From Schmidtea polychroa (taxonomy: Eukaryota): DNA of 64,000 nucleotides. The notes under the pieces were generated by a model. That model was not told the origin of the DNA, made no database searches, and was given only the letters and a program-made list of their open reading frames with translations. The position numbers were made by a program, and so were the translations under genes. Of the stretch, positions 57,471 through 64,000 are shown in pieces. Where the stretch lies: contig CM097886.1 in NCBI GenBank assembly GCA_044892525.1, positions 92,752,001 through 92,816,000 of the forward strand, given 5' to 3'. The first letter of the stretch is position 1. Every line of letters begins with the position of its first letter.

Positions 57471-58811
57471 TATATTATTAAATATGCAAATCAATGGCCA
57501 TTTGATGATAATCAATTGGCGGTTGGTGTATAATAAAACTTTTAACATTCGGAACATTAAATTTTTGCATACAGGTAAGTTTGTGTGTTCCCATAGTATA
57601 ATTTTATCGATTTTTTTTAGATTATAGAAACTTTTATATTCTGGATTTAGGTGTATTTATATTATAAAAAGCCAAATCAATTGCCGGTTGGTGTAAAATT
57701 GTAAGATTATTGATTTTTCTTATATTATTACTTATTTCTTATATTATGAGTTTACTAACTTACCGAAGGTCATAAATGCGGTCAAGTCGATGGAACAATT
57801 AGGTTTTCAATTCACAGCTTCTAAAAAGTTTCTTGTCGGTCTGTAATTGTATAAACATTGTTATATTTTGTACAATCCAAAAATGACAGTAAGCTATAAA
57901 CTTCCTGGGATGGCTAATATAATTATAAATGTAAATAATAAACGAGTTTCAGATTATTTGGTTTGATATACTAAATAGAATCTTTTAAGCATATCAAAAT
58001 TTATCTAAATCCTTCATGTAATAATATAAAACTTTTTAATTGACTACTTAGCTAACAAGTTTTCATATATCAGGTTTACAAACAAATATTATGTAATTTC
58101 AATAAAAGATCACATACAAGATCTTATTTAAAAAATAATATTGAATATTCAATTTCAAATTGACGCCATTTTGATAATTCATGGAAATGATTTAACATTT
58201 CAAAATGGAGTAATTTTGTAATTAAAGAAACAAATTAGGAATTAAGAACATAAATACTAAATCAACTGACAAAATATAAGATTTAATAAAACTAAATTTG
58301 ATTAACCTTAGCCATACAATTAATTTTGATTAAATTAATAAAAATTACCGTTAAAGTCCACTTACGGCAGGTCAAAATGAAATTCAAATTTACTGATCTA
58401 TAATTAATTCTAAATAATAAATTTGCTGAAAATTCTAGAATGAAGGATTAAAGCAACTATGTAACAAATGACATAATTTATTGAATTACAGCTAAGAAAT
58501 CCCTTATCTCAGATGTTAACGTAATAAATTGCATTCTCAAAAATCACTTTAACAAATTTATAATAAATAAAATTAATAGGAAAATAGTAAAACTTACAAA
58601 TTTTATGAGAAACTAAAAATATGAAAAGAAATCAATGCACATTTTACATGCCAATAATATCCATATAACCAAATGATATTACAATTTGTTTTTTAAAAAA
58701 AAACCCAGCTGCATGGAAGACTTGAAAGATGAAAGAAACTGTAAAATTATGAAAAATAGTTTTTTTTGAGAAAGTGAAAATTGATTTGGCGAATAAAAAG
58801 AGATAACTACA

Positions 58812-60593
58812 TCAACTATTACTGCAAATTGTGACAGAACGAGGTGAAAAATGTTTCAAAATTTCATTTGACATCGTTACATCATTCCCAGTAATTTTTA
58901 ATAGTTTAATCATTGCCTCAGAATTGTTAGTGATATGCATAGATGAACTGTGATCATTTGGATTTCGTAGATTTAGATAATGAGATGAAAACGGTTCATA
59001 ATTTGTAGAATTGTCATTTGGGCAATTATTCTGATTTGAAGTTGAAACTGATTGGATTTCTGAAGTAATCAAGGAAGAATCGAAATTTGTCTCGTTTGTT
59101 TTAGATGTAGATTCGATATTTTCATTTTCATAAGAATTAATCCAACAACCAGAATCATTTGCTGATACCCAATCTAATTGTACATAATCGACTTTGTTTT
59201 TATTTTCATTGAACCGAGGGCATTTTTCGTTTTGTAAAATGCTTGTTTGTCTTGGAGGCACAGCAGGATAATCACGAGACTTTCTTTCTGTATTTTCATT
59301 TTTAGAGTCGTAGGGAATCAATGATATTCTTTCTATCCCTTTGATTTCTAACCGACAAAATGGACAACTTTGGCAACGAACCGATTTTTGCCATCTGCTC
59401 AGACACAAATTACACAATAAATGTCCGCATGGCTCTAATTTAATGTTTTTATTATTCTGAGAACATATTTTACATAATTCAAAAGAAGAATCGATTAGAC
59501 TATAAGCTTCATGTTCTTCGAGGGATACTGTAATGTTCTGGAGTGGAGAACTTACCAGATTATGGAGAAATGAGTTATCGTAGATTTTTCCATTTGGATA
59601 TTTATATATGCCAGCTTGTTCTCCTTCATAAAGAGCTATTGCTAGAGATTTATTGTGAACTATTGTTTGGTAGATTTTACCACTTAAATCAATATACCCA
59701 ATGGCCCATTGACCTGGCTTTGTACAACTGAAACGAAATACATACGAACCAGGACCAGGATAGCATCTAAAGGATTTTAACAATTGCACAACTTGTTCAT
59801 ATGTAATGTAAGACATGCATCCTGGATGTTCTAAAACGATTACTTTCCATGATTCAAGAATATTATTCCACGGCTGAAATAATCTAACGAATACATCAAA
59901 ATCAAAAATTGACACAAATCCATTCCCAGTGACATTAATTGTTTTACGCAAAGCCGCAATTTGAGAAACTTCAGAAATATAATTTATCTTTGAGAAAAAG
60001 TGAAAAAAGTCATTCCATTTCACCACAGTTGTGAGACGACCAAATTGAGAATTCCACCAATCTGCAGCATCAGACTTTGTGATTCGAAATGTTTCAGGAG
60101 CATAACAACTATTTGGAAATAATGCGACAACTGCATGAAATAAATGTGATAATAAAATTGATATGTTTACTAATTTCTGTCTAGGCTCTGAAAATTCATC
60201 AAAAGAGAAATTAACATGCCGAATAATTCGCAAAATCTCTTTGCATTGTTTAATAAGAGTCCATATAGATACACGAAAAAAAATTATTTTACTGAGCTCA
60301 TTCAGTTTGTTTTCATAACACTTCAAAATATCCATAATTTTGTGGCTAAAATTTCTCAAAATACAAGGTAAATAAGGCGGATTGGTTTTAAAATTAATAT
60401 CAGAATTACCAATGCACTTCTGGCACTTTTCGATTAAAGATAATACATAATGAAAATCCTTGGAAATCAAAATGTTTTGAGAGAACCAATTAGTTGACCT
60501 AGATTTTATTTCTTTAAAAATCATAAAACTATCTGTTTCTTCTTTGCCATCCTTTGGCTTATTCTTATGTCGATTGAACATGCGACATAACAT
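58812..60593 (-). CDS. CBL: Cbl-family RING E3 ubiquitin ligase (TKB, linker, RING, Pro motif, UBA-like end), intronless, 593 aa
   Basis: FRITKSDAADWW, FDFDVFVRLFQPW, HPG...TYEQV, GSYVFRFSCTKPGQWAIGY, C3HC4 RING CKICSQNNKNIKLEPCGHLLC..CL..WQ...CPFCR, PAVPPR, and a C-terminal KLLKITGNDVTMSNEILKHF. Confidence 0.95.
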   Translation of the reverse strand: MLCRMFNRHKNKPKDGKEETDSFMIFKEIKSRSTNWFSQNILISKDFHYVLSLIEKCQKCIGNSDINFKTNPPYLPCILRNFSHKIMDILKCYENKLNELSKIIFFRVSIWTLIKQCKEILRIIRHVNFSFDEFSEPRQKLVNISILLSHLFHAVVALFPNSCYAPETFRITKSDAADWWNSQFGRLTTVVKWNDFFHFFSKINYISEVSQIAALRKTINVTGNGFVSIFDFDVFVRLFQPWNNILESWKVIVLEHPGCMSYITYEQVVQLLKSFRCYPGPGSYVFRFSCTKPGQWAIGYIDLSGKIYQTIVHNKSLAIALYEGEQAGIYKYPNGKIYDNSFLHNLVSSPLQNITVSLEEHEAYSLIDSSFELCKICSQNNKNIKLEPCGHLLCNLCLSRWQKSVRCQSCPFCRLEIKGIERISLIPYDSKNENTERKSRDYPAVPPRQTSILQNEKCPRFNENKNKVDYVQLDWVSANDSGCWINSYENENIESTSKTNETNFDSSLITSEIQSVSTSNQNNCPNDNSTNYEPFSSHYLNLRNPNDHSSSMHITNNSEAMIKLLKITGNDVTMSNEILKHFSPRSVTICSNS

Positions 60594-60773
60594 ATTTAAA
60601 TTTTCATAAAAAATAATAAGTATACACTACAACATAATTTATCAAATTAGATTATTTAAACAAAAATAATTAATAAAATATTGTGTAAATTCAAAATGTC
60701 GGAAATAGAAATAATAACTTATAATAAGTCATAAAAATAACTATAAATCAATTATTATTCAACACAAAAATTT

Positions 60774-61508
60774 TCACAAGTCTTCGTCCTCATCAGGCAA
60801 TGGAGCAGCTGCAGCCTGTTGGATTTCAGCTTCACATTGAGCTACCCAGTTTGGATCCATCGGAACTTCAGGGGGAGCTAATGCAGGCATTTCAGCAAAT
60901 TCTAGATTTGGATCTCCAACCAATTTGCGAGCAATCCACAAAAATGGTTTTTCGAAGTTATAATTAGACTTAGCAGATACATCGTAATACTAAATTACTT
61001 ATGTTATAGTATCTATTTAATTTATATTTTACTTGTAAATTCTTTTTTCTATGGAAGGTAATTGTCTTAGCCTTAACCTTTCTATCTTTAATATCTACTT
61101 TATTGCCTACAAGGACAATAGGGATGTTTTCACATACCCTAACTAAATCTCGGTGCCAGTTGGGTACATTTTTATATGTAATACGACTAGTTACATCAAA
61201 CATGATTATAGCACATTGGCCTTGAATATAGTAGCCATCTCTAAGACCTCCAAACTTTTCCTGGCCGGCAGTATCCCAAACATTGAAACGGATTTTACCA
61301 CGAGTTGTATTGAACTCCAAAGGATGAACTTCCACTCCCAATGTTGCTATTAAATTCATATTATCATATTATTAGATTTTAAAATATACTTACCGACATA
61401 TTTCTTTTCAAACTCTCCTGTAACGTGTCTTTTTACAAAAGTAGTTTTGCCTGTTCCCCCGTCACCAACTAAAACTAGTTTGAACTGAGCTACGACATCA
61501 CCGGACAT
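60774..61508 (-). CDS. RAN: GTP-binding nuclear protein Ran; exons 61508-61394, 61346-61033, 60989-60774 (214 aa)
   Basis: [53 protein letters not shown] and acidic tail PDEDEDL; GT-AG introns of 47 and 43 nt. Confidence 0.98.
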
Positions 61509-62204
61509 CTAATTAACAGAATTAATTTCTTTGTTTGCAAATAAAAAAGCACACTTTTTCAAAATAGTTTAGACTTATTTAAAATGTGTGATTAAACAAT
61601 CAAGATAAACAAACTCAATTTTAAAAATAAATGTTATTTTTCATTTTAATTTGATTTAATTAATTAACTTTAATTATTTATTATATAGCTAATGACTTAT
61701 AAAAGAAAAAATTTTTAAAAAAATTAAATCAGATTTAGCAAGATAATTTTTTAATAGTTATGAAAAGAATTAGTTATATGTTAATCAAATTGACTATTTA
61801 TTGAAAATTAACCCAATTTGATTTTCATTAAAATTAATTTTATATTTTTATTTATTTTAATAATATTTTACTTAAGCTTAAAAGTAAAGTATTTAACAAC
61901 AAAATCCATTGTGGACTTTGTCCGATTCTTCTTTGATTTTGAACGACTTTTATTCGGCTTTTTTTATTAATTATCTTTTTTTTGGTCAGTGAAACCATTT
62001 TTTTCCAAAAGATTCTGTGCACCCTAATGCAAAACATAAATATTTTCAATGATTTCGGTATCATATAAGTTAAATCCATCTTTAAATTTCTCAGTAAAAA
62101 TCTTGAAACCAACAATATATATTTAATCAAAGATTTATTAATAACAAGTTTTTAATTTTAAAAAAAAAACCGCCAATTCCAATTATTAAAACAAAAAGAT
62201 ATCT

Positions 62205-62640
62205 AACTCTCCCCTTCTTAAGACTTTTTCCACTTCTTCAGCCACTCGATTATTCTTTCTTTCGTTCCTTCTTCTGAATGTAGTTCGACTCTACGAGGTG
62301 ATAGAAATCTGACGATTTTATATGGGCCATCGTATTGCATACCATCCTTGTGCCTGTTCTGCGTACGAGTACCCCCTCCCCACCTCGAAAACACGAGTGC
62401 CCCCTTTTGTCTTATTCATAGCTCTCATAGTGCCTGCGGCTTTACTCGAGTTAAATCTCGCGTCTTCGATTCTTTCGCTTCTTGATATCTTGTTTGACAC
62501 TGGGTGCAAATCATACTTTTTAATCTTGATAGTCCATATGCATTCGAGTTTTCTTCGCCTTTCCGATATTTTAGTTCAAAATCATATTCCGACAGGTTAG
62601 TTTGGAACTGCGGACTGATTGGCGTTTTTGTAATGTTCAT
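62205..62640 (-). mobile_element. Internally deleted Ty3/Gypsy 3' remnant with polypurine tract
   Basis: RNase H end YDFELKYRKGEENSNAYGLSR is joined almost directly to the integrase C-terminal QYDGPYKIVRFLS, then PPT AAGAAGGGGAGAG (~62208-62220). Confidence 0.75.
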
Positions 62641-62646
62641 GAAAAC

Positions 62647-62865
62647 TGTTAGGGATATTTAAATAATTAATTTATAAATAAAATATATATTATATTATAA
62701 GAAAAAGTATAAAAGCTGGCACGCATAATTATCATTATTATTTAATTAATTAATTCGCCATTTAAATCGGGTGTTTTAATAATACCAGATTTGGGCAATA
62801 ATTTGTATTTTGCATTTTGTATTAAAAATAAATATTTCTAGATTATTAATTGGTTATTATTAACA
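62647..62865 (+). mobile_element. 5' LTR (219 bp) of a young Ty3/Gypsy element
   Basis: TGTTA...TAACA termini, TATAAAAG near 62709, AATAAA near 62828, directly followed by a PBS. Confidence 0.75.
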
Positions 62866-63986
62866 TGGCGACCCTGGCAATGATCAATAAAATGATCCCG
62901 GATATTTACGATGGCAGCGTCGATGTAGACGTTTTTATTGGAGAATGCAAGAGGTATTTCCAATTATGTGGACTAGAACAATCCAGCCAAAGTATGATGA
63001 TCAAATGTTTAATCGCAAGAGAGTTGTTGCCAATTTATGAAGCAATAGAAGAAAATGAAATTTTTTTTGAAGACAGATTGAAAAAGGCTTTCGAGAAACC
63101 AACGACGTTGATAGGGGATTTTCTAACCCTTTGCAATTATGAAAAGAACGATGATACTGCTCCAGTATATTTCGAAAAAATAGAAAAGATGGTTGACCAA
63201 GTTCTGAAGCACAAATGGGACAAGAAAGAATTAATGTCATATTTTTTGGTTCATTGTATCAAAGACAAGGATACACAGAAAGAAATAAAGATGAGAGATG
63301 CGATGAGCGTCGACGAAATAAAAGGAGTGATAAAGAAGGTCGATGATATAAACATTGAAGTATCCGGAATTTCAGTTTTGAATAGAAGGAAGGAAACGTT
63401 TGCGAGTATTGTCAAGACGAGACAAGGATTTGCCGATAGACAGAACCAAAGCAGAACTTTTACAAATTTACAACGAAGTGAACACAGATATGATTCAACA
63501 TCGAGGATGAAAGCCGATAATTTCCAGAACAGATTCCAACAAAGAGAAATGCCGGTTAGAAGCAGACCAGTTATTACATGTTGGAATTGTCAGGAGGTGG
63601 GTCATATGAGTCGAGAATGTCGGAAACCAAGGGTTCAGAAATGCTTCCAATATGGAAAAGAAGGGCACCAATCCAGAGAGTGCAATCAGAGATTACAGAA
63701 TGCAGAGATGAGATGTTTTGCGTGTAAAGATATTGGACACAACAGAAGAGAATGCCCATCAATATCGTGCTCAGGATGCGGTAGAAGAGGCCACCTACGA
63801 TTTCAATGCTGGAATCAGACAGACAGAAGAAGATACGCAGACGAGCGGGGACCACCGAGACGGACACAGGTAGCCGCGTTTCAGACTGATCAAGCCGAGA
63901 ACGACGAAAAGATTTCATGCCAAGACGAAGACTACCCAAACCAAGAAGCTCCATCGTTGGGCGAGATGATCGGAGCAATAAATTAA
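62865..63986 (+). CDS. gag: Ty3/Gypsy gag with four CCHC zinc knuckles (second has C>Y)
   Basis: IPDIYDGSVDVDVFI capsid-like start; CWNCQEVGHMSREC, CFQYGKEGHQSREC, CFACKDIGHNRREC, CSGCGRRGHLRFQC. Confidence 0.9.
   Translation: MATLAMINKMIPDIYDGSVDVDVFIGECKRYFQLCGLEQSSQSMMIKCLIARELLPIYEAIEENEIFFEDRLKKAFEKPTTLIGDFLTLCNYEKNDDTAPVYFEKIEKMVDQVLKHKWDKKELMSYFLVHCIKDKDTQKEIKMRDAMSVDEIKGVIKKVDDINIEVSGISVLNRRKETFASIVKTRQGFADRQNQSRTFTNLQRSEHRYDSTSRMKADNFQNRFQQREMPVRSRPVITCWNCQEVGHMSRECRKPRVQKCFQYGKEGHQSRECNQRLQNAEMRCFACKDIGHNRRECPSISCSGCGRRGHLRFQCWNQTDRRRYADERGPPRRTQVAAFQTDQAENDEKISCQDEDYPNQEAPSLGEMIGAIN
62866..62879 (+). promoter_or_regulatory. Primer binding site, tRNA-Arg-like
   Basis: TGGCGACCCTGGCA immediately follows the LTR CA. 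It is complementary to a tRNA 3' end ...GGGTCGCCA; the Arg assignment is inferred. Confidence 0.65.
63935..63976 (+). promoter_or_regulatory. Putative -1 programmed ribosomal frameshift signal (gag-pol)
   Basis: In-frame slippery heptamer C CCA AAC, 6-nt spacer, then hairpin GCTCC-ATCGTT-gggcga-GATGAT-c-GGAGC. The -1 frame stays open past the gag stop to the window end. Confidence 0.7.
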
Positions 63987-64000
63987 TGGGTAATAATGAC

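Overview
AT-rich eukaryotic, most likely animal, scaffold with four N gaps. It is not prokaryotic. Host genes are compact with 41-65 nt introns: a C2H2 zinc-finger gene, an 8-exon AGPAT5 orthologue, an intronless Cbl E3 ligase and Ran. AGPAT5 spans 25 kb because two introns are giant (14.05 and 9.70 kb). Intron 3 holds a palindrome with ~1.47-kb arms carrying two divergent, intronless, BRCT-less FCP1-like phosphatase ORFs, plus a 393-bp element with Polinton-type ends (AGTAG termini, ~128-bp TIRs, perfect 6-bp TSD). The rest is mostly mobile DNA: the right end of a Polinton/Maverick (protein-primed PolB with an EndoVII-like module), Penelope-like fragments carrying minimal hammerhead ribozymes, Ty3/Gypsy elements (a young one at the right edge has LTR, PBS, gag and a -1 frameshift signal), and hAT, piggyBac, Tc1/pogo and Mutator/Merlin-like elements or MITEs. 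All family assignments come from motif recognition by eye; no database search was run.
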